DNA of 34,588 nucleotides, taken from the IMG/VR virus record IMGVR_UViG_3300020043_002535, positions 1-34,588 of that record, one strand, 5' to 3'. Position numbers and translations under genes: made by a program. Of the stretch, positions 17,830-26,247 are shown one piece after another (position 1 is the first letter of the stretch; each line of letters begins with the position of its first letter). Source of the stretch: a virus. Lineage: Duplodnaviria; Caudoviricetes. The notes beneath the pieces are model-generated. The model did no database searches. It saw only the letters and a list, made by a program, of their open reading frames with translations, and had not been told where the DNA came from.

Positions 17830-18782
17830 TGACTGAGGAATCAAAATCTACTACTCAGAGCATCACTCCTTCCACAGGGGTGGTGCTTCTTGCATTCGGC
17901 AAGCCTCAATATTATTGGGCTGCTTACAACCTTGCTTTCAGCATAAGAAAGCACAATCCTAATATCAACATCACAGTGCTTTTTGATGATCCGATTAAGG
18001 GCTTATCGCACTGCCAAGACTTGATGCAATACATCAATCACATTGGGCACATTGCACTGGAAGATATTTATACCAATAAGAAACTTGATCCAGGCAAGGT
18101 GAAAGTTAATCTATACAAGTACTTGCCATACGACCGCAACCTCTACCTCGATGTAGATGCGATTGCGCTCAAAGACATTCAGCCAATGATTGACGAGCTT
18201 GCTCAATCTGGCAAAGATTACATAAGCCATTGCGTTGGATATCACACCATCGACAAGGGGAGAGACTTCAAGGAGATGCAGTGGGCTTGGGCAGATAAGA
18301 TGTGGGCGCACTTTAACTTGCTTCAATCTTACGTGATGCCTGCCATCAACAGCTCGATGCAGTGGATAGTAAAAGGACCACAGGCAGAGGCGATTTATCG
18401 CACTGCAAAAGACTTGTACTTCAACAATCCGATACCTATCAAAGACCTTCGCATGAAGTGGGGAGGTGGACAGCCAGATGAGTTGTACATGAATGTCGCA
18501 CTTGCGATTCATGGCATTGATCCTGCGCTGAAGCAATACGAGAAGATTGGCGCAAGCGAGGGAGGGATGATTCACTTCTCAATGACTCGAGGCTTAAGCT
18601 TCCAAGAGATTACAGAAAACTACTACTTGCAAAGCTACTATGGCGGCGCAGGATTCACTCCGATTTTTTACATCAACTGGCTTGATAGGATGCTTAATGC
18701 AGACTTCAAAGCAATTGGCAAAAGACATAATTTTTTAATAAGCAGAATCACGCAAAATAAATACGCAGATGGAAAACGCTAA
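17829..18782 (+). CDS. GT-A fold glycosyltransferase (GT8-like)
   Basis: GVVLLAFG, LAFSIRKHNP, LPYDRNLYLDVD (DxD), INSS, QPDE..MNVAL and IHF motifs. Confidence 0.8.
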   Translation: MTEESKSTTQSITPSTGVVLLAFGKPQYYWAAYNLAFSIRKHNPNINITVLFDDPIKGLSHCQDLMQYINHIGHIALEDIYTNKKLDPGKVKVNLYKYLPYDRNLYLDVDAIALKDIQPMIDELAQSGKDYISHCVGYHTIDKGRDFKEMQWAWADKMWAHFNLLQSYVMPAINSSMQWIVKGPQAEAIYRTAKDLYFNNPIPIKDLRMKWGGGQPDELYMNVALAIHGIDPALKQYEKIGASEGGMIHFSMTRGLSFQEITENYYLQSYYGGAGFTPIFYINWLDRMLNADFKAIGKRHNFLISRITQNKYADGKR

Positions 18783-19341
18783 GCCAAAAAAAGGCAGACC
18801 AAAGAAAGAGATTGTGACCACTTCAACATTCAAAGAAGTTGCTCGTCATGATTGGAACTCAGAAGATGAGTGCGGTGCTTTTATGGCAAGCATCATCAAG
18901 ATGAGCAAGTACATGACTGTGCTTGAGATTGGAGTCTTTGAAGGTGAGACAAGTCAGCATCTTATTAAGGCTTTGCCAAAGGGTGGGCAATATGTCGGCA
19001 TTGATATCAATGATTATCGCACAGATGCTACTAAGTTATACATGAAAGAGGGTGGCAAGTCAATCGACTTCATCCTGGGCAATTCACTTGATGAGTTAAA
19101 CAAGTTGCCTAAGAATCATTTTGACCTTATCTTTGTAGACGGCGACCACAGCTTCGAGCATGTTCTTCCAGAGTTTAAGCTTGTTGAGAAGTTGGTGGCA
19201 AGAGGTGGAGTTATTGTTTACCATGACACCATCCATCTTGAAGGACCGAGAAAGCTTGTTGAATACGCTGCTCATTTTAATTATAACAATGTCACGCTTA
19301 ACACAACTGAAGGGCGCGGCATCTCAATACTACACCGATGA
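18769..19341 (+). CDS. Class I SAM-dependent methyltransferase (Methyltransf_24-like)
   Basis: VLEIGVFEGET, GIDI, FDLIFVDGDH and GGVIVYHD motifs. Confidence 0.88.
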   Translation: MENAKPKKGRPKKEIVTTSTFKEVARHDWNSEDECGAFMASIIKMSKYMTVLEIGVFEGETSQHLIKALPKGGQYVGIDINDYRTDATKLYMKEGGKSIDFILGNSLDELNKLPKNHFDLIFVDGDHSFEHVLPEFKLVEKLVARGGVIVYHDTIHLEGPRKLVEYAAHFNYNNVTLNTTEGRGISILHR

Positions 19342-19412
19342 AACCAAACTACTGCCGATCAAAATCTTGTGGTTCTAACATAATGGAGAGACCAAATGGC
19401 ACTAAGCTCTGA
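19338..19412 (+). CDS. Possible 24-aa Cys-containing micro-protein
   Basis: MKPNYCRSKSCGSNIMERPNGTKL; ATGA-coupled to the methyltransferase and overlapping the portal start. Confidence 0.4.
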   Translation: MKPNYCRSKSCGSNIMERPNGTKL

Positions 19413-21303
19413 GGACATTCAAAAAATAGTTAACCGATTCGCGGCGAAGCGAAAGGCTTGGGAACAGATGACACAATCGACTCCCTTGAATCCTATCACT
19501 AAGCAGCGAGCATCGAGCCAGTATCCAGAATATTGGAGCGGTTACAATTATGCCGCGAAGATGTATGACAGCATCTTGCCGCATAGCCGCTCCGATGTTT
19601 ATCCTGAGCATTTGCTTTCGGTGCGTGCTCCGAATCAAACGGATGCGCAGGCGATGTATATCAAGGCAAACTACAAGGCAACAACCTTGAGCGTGTTTGA
19701 GGACTTCAGAGCAACGATAAGCAGAGCATTCGCGGATCAGAACTGGAGCATCAGATACTCGCCAGAGTTGGATGCGCGATTCGGTGAGGAGACCTTTCAG
19801 CGATTTGTCAATAATGAGATTGAGAAGTTTGGCAGCTTGGAGATGTTTGTTAAGAATATGCTTCCAACCCTTAAGCTTGTCGATGCAAATGGTATCATTG
19901 CCATCTATCCAGATGACATTCCATATCTTGAAGATGAAGATTTTGAAGAGCCAGTAATCGGCAACGAGCTTCTTCGTCCAATGCCGACATATTACAATTG
20001 CAAGAACATTGTCGGGCAGAAGTTTGGGGAGTATTACTTGGTGATCAGCGATGACCACAGCTATGTGAAGGTTGGAAGCAAGACGGAAGAGAGCGGAATT
20101 GTTCTATACCTATATGACTCAATGGCTATCTATCGCATCGAGCAGACAGGCAAGAAGAGCGACATGACATTCAGTGAGCCTGTGCTTTACTTTCAGCACA
20201 ACCTTGGCTATGTGCCTTGCATCAAGCTGATGGGAGCACCTCAACTGATAGGTGATGAGATTGCATTTCAATCGCCATTCATCACAGCAGTGCCATTGCT
20301 TGACCAGGTTGTACTCGATGAGTCTTACTTGCAGATGAGCAAGGCAACAAGCGCATTCCCTTTTATGGTGGCTCTTGGTGAGATATGTGAGTTCATTGAT
20401 CGCGAAGGAAACAAGTGTAATGATGGACAGATATTCGATCCAATAAACGGAGGCTATCGCACTTGCTCTTCATGCTCAGGCAGCGGAGTGAAGAGTCGAT
20501 TCAGTCCAACTGGTATGCTACTAATTAAGCCAAAGACATCACTAAGCGAAGGAGACAGTGGACTCAGTGGCGAGTACTTGAAGTTTGTAAGTCCTCCGAT
20601 GGACACGCTTACCTTCCTGCGCAGTGAGATTGAGCAGCAGATGGCCAAGGCAAGACGCATATTGCATCTTCCTGCTTCAGACGAAAGTGGAACTGTTGGC
20701 GAGGCATCAACTGCAACAGGAAGCTTAAATAAGCTCCGCGCATTGTACGGATTCGTGAAGCCTATCTCCGATCAGCTATTCACCATTTATGAATTCTGTT
20801 TGGTGACAATGGGGCGCATGAGATATGGCGATTTATTCGGCGGAGTAAACTTGGTTTATCCAACATCATTCGACATCTCAACTCCAAGCGACTACCTTGC
20901 AATCATTGCTGAGGGAGTTAAGGCAGGAGTTCCTCCTGCGGTTACTTACTCGAATGTATATAATTACATCAGAGCAATTAACTACACAGATGAGGAGAGC
21001 AGTGCTTTATTCGAGCTGATTGTGAATACTGATGAGTTGCTACTTATGAGCAATGCCGATGTCCTTGCAAGACTTGCAAGTGGTACGGTTGAGAAGTGGC
21101 AAGATGTATTGCACAACTCAGCACCTCAACTTGTGATGGAGCTGATGCGTGACTACATTGCAACAGAAGAAGCACCGAAGTTCTTTGACCTTCCGATGAG
21201 CGAGCAGATAGCACAGCTAAGAGCAAAGGCAGCTGAGAAGATTGCAGTGACACTTGATCCGATTGCACAGGCACAACAAACTCTTTTGAATGGCATCGTT
21301 TGA
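19396..21303 (+). CDS. Portal protein with an inserted DnaJ-like zinc finger
   Basis: 635 aa; HNLGYVP motif; position before minor head, scaffold and capsid genes; CSSCSGSG. Confidence 0.8.
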   Translation: MALSSEDIQKIVNRFAAKRKAWEQMTQSTPLNPITKQRASSQYPEYWSGYNYAAKMYDSILPHSRSDVYPEHLLSVRAPNQTDAQAMYIKANYKATTLSVFEDFRATISRAFADQNWSIRYSPELDARFGEETFQRFVNNEIEKFGSLEMFVKNMLPTLKLVDANGIIAIYPDDIPYLEDEDFEEPVIGNELLRPMPTYYNCKNIVGQKFGEYYLVISDDHSYVKVGSKTEESGIVLYLYDSMAIYRIEQTGKKSDMTFSEPVLYFQHNLGYVPCIKLMGAPQLIGDEIAFQSPFITAVPLLDQVVLDESYLQMSKATSAFPFMVALGEICEFIDREGNKCNDGQIFDPINGGYRTCSSCSGSGVKSRFSPTGMLLIKPKTSLSEGDSGLSGEYLKFVSPPMDTLTFLRSEIEQQMAKARRILHLPASDESGTVGEASTATGSLNKLRALYGFVKPISDQLFTIYEFCLVTMGRMRYGDLFGGVNLVYPTSFDISTPSDYLAIIAEGVKAGVPPAVTYSNVYNYIRAINYTDEESSALFELIVNTDELLLMSNADVLARLASGTVEKWQDVLHNSAPQLVMELMRDYIATEEAPKFFDLPMSEQIAQLRAKAAEKIAVTLDPIAQAQQTLLNGIV

Positions 21304-22198
21304 TGAACTCGTTAAACAAAAAATTAAGCTGCTCGAGACTGTTCCGGAGGCTATTGTTACGGCGGCAGAAAAGACACAGCGAGAGGCATGGCGAAAACTC
21401 GCTCCGCTTCTCGCAGAGATGGATGTCGATACAACAGGCAACATCAGACAGACCGAGGATAACATACGAAGAATTGGATTAATAACAGAGGAGCTCAACA
21501 AGGTACTTGCAGGAGGCGAATATAAGGCCGCTGTGCAATCCTTCTTGAGCTCCATCGATGAAGGTGTTCAGCTAACTGATGATATCGCAAGAAAAATAGA
21601 CAGCACCTTCGAGCCAGATAATGTTCAAAGGCAATTACTTGCTATCTCCAAGCAGAATGCAATAAATGCTTTCTTTGGCTCAGGACTTCGCGACAATGTC
21701 ACAGTGCCATTCCTTGAGCAGCTGACTTCAAATGTTGCTGCTCGTGCTCCACTTAACCAAGCAGTAAAAGCATTGCAGGGAGTAATCGAAGGAACGGAGA
21801 CAACAGACGGCAGGCTGCTTGCCAATGTGCGCACAACAGCAAACACAGCACAAGCCATTGCTGACAGAAGCTATGCAGCGGCGGTGAACGAGGATCTCGG
21901 CATTGAATACTTCCAATACTTGGGCGGAGAGATACCTACCACAAGGCCATTCTGCGAACATCGAGAAGGGCAGATTTTCCACAGAGGAGAGATTGAAGCT
22001 TGGGGAGATGGTAAGAACTCGGCAGGCATTAACGACATTCGCAATGGAACTTGGGATGGCCGTATCGAGGGCACTGATTCAAGGAGTATATTCACCTTTG
22101 TTGGCGGTTGGAATTGCAGGCATTACCTTGTTCCAGTGATCAAGCAAAGAGTTCCTGCAACAGTTCAAGCAAGAGCGAAAGCAGAAGGTTATACATAA
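21290..22198 (+). CDS. Minor head protein (SPP1 gp7/Mu gpF-like)
   Basis: FQYLG....TRPFC...G..F and GGWNCRH motifs; follows the portal. Confidence 0.8.
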   Translation: MASFDELVKQKIKLLETVPEAIVTAAEKTQREAWRKLAPLLAEMDVDTTGNIRQTEDNIRRIGLITEELNKVLAGGEYKAAVQSFLSSIDEGVQLTDDIARKIDSTFEPDNVQRQLLAISKQNAINAFFGSGLRDNVTVPFLEQLTSNVAARAPLNQAVKALQGVIEGTETTDGRLLANVRTTANTAQAIADRSYAAAVNEDLGIEYFQYLGGEIPTTRPFCEHREGQIFHRGEIEAWGDGKNSAGINDIRNGTWDGRIEGTDSRSIFTFVGGWNCRHYLVPVIKQRVPATVQARAKAEGYT

Positions 22199-22211
22199 TC
22201 AAAACTTTTTA

Positions 22212-22219
22212 TATATTTG
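22212..22219 (+). promoter_or_regulatory. -7 element TATATTTG
   Basis: Intergenic TAnnTTTG, 4 nt before ATG 22224. Confidence 0.55.
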
Positions 22220-22223
22220 TCTC

Positions 22224-22445
22224 ATGAATTACTACATCATGAGCGATGGCACGATTAAGCGTGCAGGTGATGTACTCGCTAAAGAACTTATCAAGCGAGG
22301 TGCAAGAGAATTGAAACTAACACCAATAACAATAGACTATGGCAATCAAACAGGAGGAAGCACTGGAGCTGATCAAGTTCCTAAACCTCGAAGAAGCAGC
22401 CGATCTCGAAGCGGCAAAGGAAAAGTTCCAAGAAAATTGGATTAA
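22224..22445 (+). CDS. Small protein with a basic tail, overlapping the scaffold gene
   Basis: Starts right after the promoter; the first about 38 codons fill otherwise unused sequence. Confidence 0.5.
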   Translation: MNYYIMSDGTIKRAGDVLAKELIKRGARELKLTPITIDYGNQTGGSTGADQVPKPRRSSRSRSGKGKVPRKLD

Positions 22446-23160
22446 GCAGGAAGAAGTAAGCGGCAAGATTGGTAAGCTTACAGGCACAATCGCCAACGTA
22501 ACTCGTAAAGCATTTGAGCCTTTTGGTATCGTACTTACTGATGAGGACTTCAAAGGGCAGAAGGTTGAGGAAGTTATTCGCAGCGCATCAGAGAAAGCAA
22601 AGAGCGCATTTGAAACACAACGCGAGGAGTGGGAGAAGCGTGCATCTGGCAACGGATCAGAGGCATTGATTCAAGAGTGGGAGAAGAAATATAAGTCACT
22701 TGAGCGCAAGACTAATGAGCTTGATTCAGCTCGCCAAGATGTGATGAATCAGTTCGAGCAGTACAAGGTGCAAGTTGCAACAGACATCAAGACAAGCAAA
22801 ATCAATTCATCATTCGAGAAAGAGCTAAGCGCATTGAAGCTTGACCCAAGTGTTAACGAGTACACCATTCGCGGCTTCAAGTCAGCTGTCACAGATAAGT
22901 ATTCAATCGACCTTGAGGATGATGGTGCTTTCGTGGTTAAGGATAAGGCAACAGGAGAGAGATTGAAGAGCAAGGAGAAAGCAGGATCATTCCTAACAAT
23001 GTCCGATGTGCTTATCAAAGAAGCAACAGAGGCAGGCATCATCCAGAAGAATCCACATGCAGGGGCAAAGATTCCAATGCGCAGCCCTTTGATTCCGCAG
23101 ATGGAAACAGCAGGAGAAAAGAAGTTGAAAGGCATCAATCCGAGATTCTATCAAAAATAG
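22339..23160 (+). CDS. Capsid scaffolding protein
   Basis: Glu/Lys-rich coiled coil between the minor head gene and the MCP. Confidence 0.7.
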   Translation: MAIKQEEALELIKFLNLEEAADLEAAKEKFQENWIKQEEVSGKIGKLTGTIANVTRKAFEPFGIVLTDEDFKGQKVEEVIRSASEKAKSAFETQREEWEKRASGNGSEALIQEWEKKYKSLERKTNELDSARQDVMNQFEQYKVQVATDIKTSKINSSFEKELSALKLDPSVNEYTIRGFKSAVTDKYSIDLEDDGAFVVKDKATGERLKSKEKAGSFLTMSDVLIKEATEAGIIQKNPHAGAKIPMRSPLIPQMETAGEKKLKGINPRFYQK

Positions 23161-23162
23161 TT

Positions 23163-23435
23163 ATGCCGATTTACGAAGGATACAATGTAACTAGATCAGA
23201 GCGTGCTGATAAGAAGTACAAGGCTGTCGATGACGATGGCAATGTTGTGCATTTCGGAGCACCTGGCTATCGGATTAATCCTGGCACTGATGCAGGCAAC
23301 TCATACTGCGCAAGAAGCGCAGGCATTGAGACAACTCGCTTCTCCGCTAATTGGTGGGCAAGGCAGCTGTGGTCATGCGATGGAAGAGTATCAGTAAGCG
23401 ACAAGCCTTTTTTTGGTAAAATCGATTTACCTTAG
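23163..23435 (+). CDS. Small protein resembling Tlr6F/DUF5754-type viral proteins
   Basis: S.R.DKKY...VHFGA.GY...Y.AR...SANWWAR.LW. Confidence 0.6.
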   Translation: MPIYEGYNVTRSERADKKYKAVDDDGNVVHFGAPGYRINPGTDAGNSYCARSAGIETTRFSANWWARQLWSCDGRVSVSDKPFFGKIDLP

Positions 23436-23443
23436 TATATTTG
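23436..23443 (+). promoter_or_regulatory. -7 element TATATTTG preceding a short non-coding unit
   Basis: Exact TAnnTTTG immediately after the stop codon and 28 nt before a terminator hairpin. Confidence 0.5.
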
Positions 23444-23471
23444 TAGAGGGTATTAATGTTTTTTAGTTTTT

Positions 23472-23506
23472 AGCCGCACTTGTTAGGGAGTGCGGCTTTT
23501 TTTTTT
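23472..23506 (+). terminator. Intrinsic terminator
   Basis: AGCCGCACT / AGTGCGGCT stem followed by a T10 run. Confidence 0.85.
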
Positions 23507-23507
23507 A

Positions 23508-23515
23508 TAACTTTG
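23508..23515 (+). promoter_or_regulatory. -7 element TAACTTTG, capsid gene promoter
   Basis: TAnnTTTG directly after the terminator, 108 nt before the MCP ATG. Confidence 0.65.
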
Positions 23516-23623
23516 TATTTCTCTATGGTAGTCGGCAGGACTTTCAGCTGCAAAAAGTAGGCATCAAAGCAACAGCCTTCAGAATACGTTGCAACAATTC
23601 TACAATTACAAACGACTATTATC

Positions 23624-24667
23624 ATGTCTATTTCTCGTATACTTTCAGAATGCCCTAATGTGCAAATGTCACTGGGCGAATTATTTTTAGAGGTTGGTCA
23701 GCGTGAGCAACTTCCATTCCTTGAATTCTTATTATCTCCAGAGAACGCGAAATTGATTCGCACAGAAGTTGCTCCAGGTAATGGAAAACTAAAGACGGTT
23801 CAAGCTCGTTGGATTCAGCGTTTGCCTGAGACTGAAGTTGAAGAAGGTGGCGACATCCTTACTTGTACTTCTACTAATACGTATGGAGATTCAACCACTA
23901 CCTACACAGTTGAAACAACTGATACGTACACTGCATCTCAGTTAATCAATGCAGCGGACATCGCTCGTCATTGCCAAGAGAACAGCCGTTATGTGCTTGA
24001 GTCAATCATGCGCTTAATGGATGTAATCGACCGCAAGGTTGCATCTGCTGCTGCTGTTCAAGCTGTTGCTGCTATCGGTAACTGGGGAACAGAAGTTGAA
24101 GGTTTCTACACAGTATCTTCTGATTGCTTGGTTATCCCTACAATGTTAGCTGATAACGAGCCTAATGCATTTGCAATTGCTGACATTCAGCAAGCAACAC
24201 GCATGGCAAACTATCCAGGTGCACCAATTGCATTCGGTGGTGCTGCGATGCAGCGTTATGCTAACGCGATGGCAGCAGGATGCTGCACTCAATATGGCTT
24301 AGACTTACTTGCAATCACTCAGCAAAACGGATTCGGCTTTGCTTATGATTCACGTTTGGCTGCTGCTCAAGGTGCACAAACTAAGGCTTTGGTTACAACA
24401 GCAGGAGCAATCCAGTGGTTGTCATTTAACTTAGCAGAGTGGAACACAGGCATCACTCCAACAGCAGGAAGCAACTACTCTAAGACTTTGGTGTTCACAC
24501 CGGCAGGAGTTCCAGTTGACTTGACTATGAAGGATGACTGCGGTAACTTATCAATTGTATTGACTACAACTGGAGTTCTTGCAACATTGCCAACTGACAT
24601 CTACGAGTCTTCAGACAAGTATGCAGGAGTTAACTATGTTAACTGCGTGTCAATTGTAAATCCATAA
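23624..24667 (+). CDS. Major capsid protein
   Basis: 347 aa, downstream of the scaffold, bounded by its own promoter and terminator; strong GCT/ACT/GTT codon bias. Mainly positional. Confidence 0.75.
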   Translation: MSISRILSECPNVQMSLGELFLEVGQREQLPFLEFLLSPENAKLIRTEVAPGNGKLKTVQARWIQRLPETEVEEGGDILTCTSTNTYGDSTTTYTVETTDTYTASQLINAADIARHCQENSRYVLESIMRLMDVIDRKVASAAAVQAVAAIGNWGTEVEGFYTVSSDCLVIPTMLADNEPNAFAIADIQQATRMANYPGAPIAFGGAAMQRYANAMAAGCCTQYGLDLLAITQQNGFGFAYDSRLAAAQGAQTKALVTTAGAIQWLSFNLAEWNTGITPTAGSNYSKTLVFTPAGVPVDLTMKDDCGNLSIVLTTTGVLATLPTDIYESSDKYAGVNYVNCVSIVNP

Positions 24668-24692
24668 TCTTTTAAGTGCAACAATGAAAATT

Positions 24693-24719
24693 AGGAGAGG
24701 TGCAAGCCTCTCCTTTTTT
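24693..24719 (+). terminator. Intrinsic terminator after the MCP gene
   Basis: AGGAGAGG-TGCAAG-CCTCTCCT followed by a T run. Confidence 0.85.
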
Positions 24720-24722
24720 ATT

Positions 24723-24730
24723 TATCTTTG
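24723..24730 (+). promoter_or_regulatory. -7 element TATCTTTG for the neck/fibre/lysis operon
   Basis: TAnnTTTG directly after the terminator. Confidence 0.6.
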
Positions 24731-24748
24731 TGAAAAATAAGACAGCCA

Positions 24749-25786
24749 ATGTGCTACGAATCTCTACTCGGCTTACAAGGTTGCGACAGACCAGAGCCAA
24801 CTACTGGCCTTTACATTGATGACCTCGGCATTAATCAGACTTTACTCGGGCAGTTAATCACAGATCAATACAACAGCGGAGTTGAGCTGTTTGAAGCTAA
24901 GCGAGCATTCGCTTGGCGCAAGATGTCAACAGATGTTCTGAGCCGCTTAAATCCAATGATGAAAGCGGACACTGTTGTTGAATCAAAGAGAATCGGTCAA
25001 GTGGTTAGTAATGCTGCAAATATCGATGTTGCACTTGGTGCAAATAAGTATGCAGGAATCAGAGTGACTATTGATCCGAATACAGAAAGCTTTTTAAACT
25101 TCTACTTGTCAAATTTCAAGATTGACATTTATACAATGGCAACTCCTGTCGAGATATTTGTCTACGACATGACAACCCTGAAGCTGATTGATTCATTCTT
25201 CTACCAATCTGAAGCAGTTGAGCAGTTTATCGGCAAGACTTTCAAGGCGAATCGCAGAAAGTTAGATCTGGCTTTTGTATATGAGTCGCTTTATGATACA
25301 ACGAAAATGATTCCTAAGAAGGGGCACTGCTTCGACTGCTCAGGCAATGTAAGAGGTGCGCACATCTGCCCATTCGTGGATGCTGTTGGGATTGAATTGA
25401 CGACAGACGGAACTAATGTGCTGTCATCGAAAGCGAAGAAGTACACGCAGGGGATGTCGTTAGTTTATAACGTGAATTGCGACAGAGAAGCATGGCTGTG
25501 CTCGATTGGTGGATTGATGGCGATGCCGCTTGCTTATGCGACTGCGGTGGAGATTTATAACTATGGCTTGACTATCAGCCCTAATCAGCGAGTAAATACA
25601 ACAGTTAGTGTGAACACTGGCTTTTCAACTTCAGATCCTAACGATGGAATGATTGCAGGGCGAGACATAGCAGCGACAAGATACAGCGAAGAGCTCACAG
25701 CGATGTTGCAGAACATGCGACTTCCAAACGACAATACGTGCTTTGATTGCCGCCGAAACATGAAGTACGTCACAGCACTTCCATAA
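24749..25786 (+). CDS. Putative head-tail adaptor protein
   Basis: First gene after the MCP; helical ends with a beta insertion; two CFDC motifs. Confidence 0.55.
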   Translation: MCYESLLGLQGCDRPEPTTGLYIDDLGINQTLLGQLITDQYNSGVELFEAKRAFAWRKMSTDVLSRLNPMMKADTVVESKRIGQVVSNAANIDVALGANKYAGIRVTIDPNTESFLNFYLSNFKIDIYTMATPVEIFVYDMTTLKLIDSFFYQSEAVEQFIGKTFKANRRKLDLAFVYESLYDTTKMIPKKGHCFDCSGNVRGAHICPFVDAVGIELTTDGTNVLSSKAKKYTQGMSLVYNVNCDREAWLCSIGGLMAMPLAYATAVEIYNYGLTISPNQRVNTTVSVNTGFSTSDPNDGMIAGRDIAATRYSEELTAMLQNMRLPNDNTCFDCRRNMKYVTALP

Positions 25787-26247
25787 TGGCTACACCCAAA
25801 GAGATCAGCGGAAGGATTGATGCTTTATTCGCAGAATGGAGTGGAGGCTTTACTCCATTGTCATTTGCTGTTCTCGATATGCGCCGCGAGATGTTTATCC
25901 GAATCTTTGGAACTGGATCAAGCGGAGGAACTAATACAGCAGGGCAGAAGCTACCGACAAAACCATACACTCCTGCTTACGCAAAAATAAAAGCTGCAAA
26001 CGGCAGACCTCCATTGGAGCTTACAGGATTTTTAAAGCGATCTTTCGCAACAGACCAGGGTTCAGTATTTGCTCAAGGCTTTGGTGTTGCAATCTACATT
26101 CAAGCAGATGAATCTGGAAAGGCGGCAGGATTGCAAAAACTTTATGGACCAATATTTCAACCAACATCAGAGGAGCAAGATAGAATGTTGCAACTACATG
26201 CAGACTTACTTGTTGAGCAAATATCAAATCAGATAAGCAAACCATGA
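25786..26247 (+). CDS. Neck/tail completion protein (Mu gpG/HK97 gp10-like)
   Basis: RIF..G...G...PYTPAY...K...GR...LELTG.L..S; TAATG coupling. Confidence 0.65.
   Translation: MATPKEISGRIDALFAEWSGGFTPLSFAVLDMRREMFIRIFGTGSSGGTNTAGQKLPTKPYTPAYAKIKAANGRPPLELTGFLKRSFATDQGSVFAQGFGVAIYIQADESGKAAGLQKLYGPIFQPTSEEQDRMLQLHADLLVEQISNQISKP

Noticed and set aside
19402-20058. Long minus-strand ORF (218 aa) and other antisense ORFs in the track
   Set aside because: They lie opposite well-supported genes, carry no recognisable motifs and have no evident minus-strand promoters; treated as shadow ORFs.
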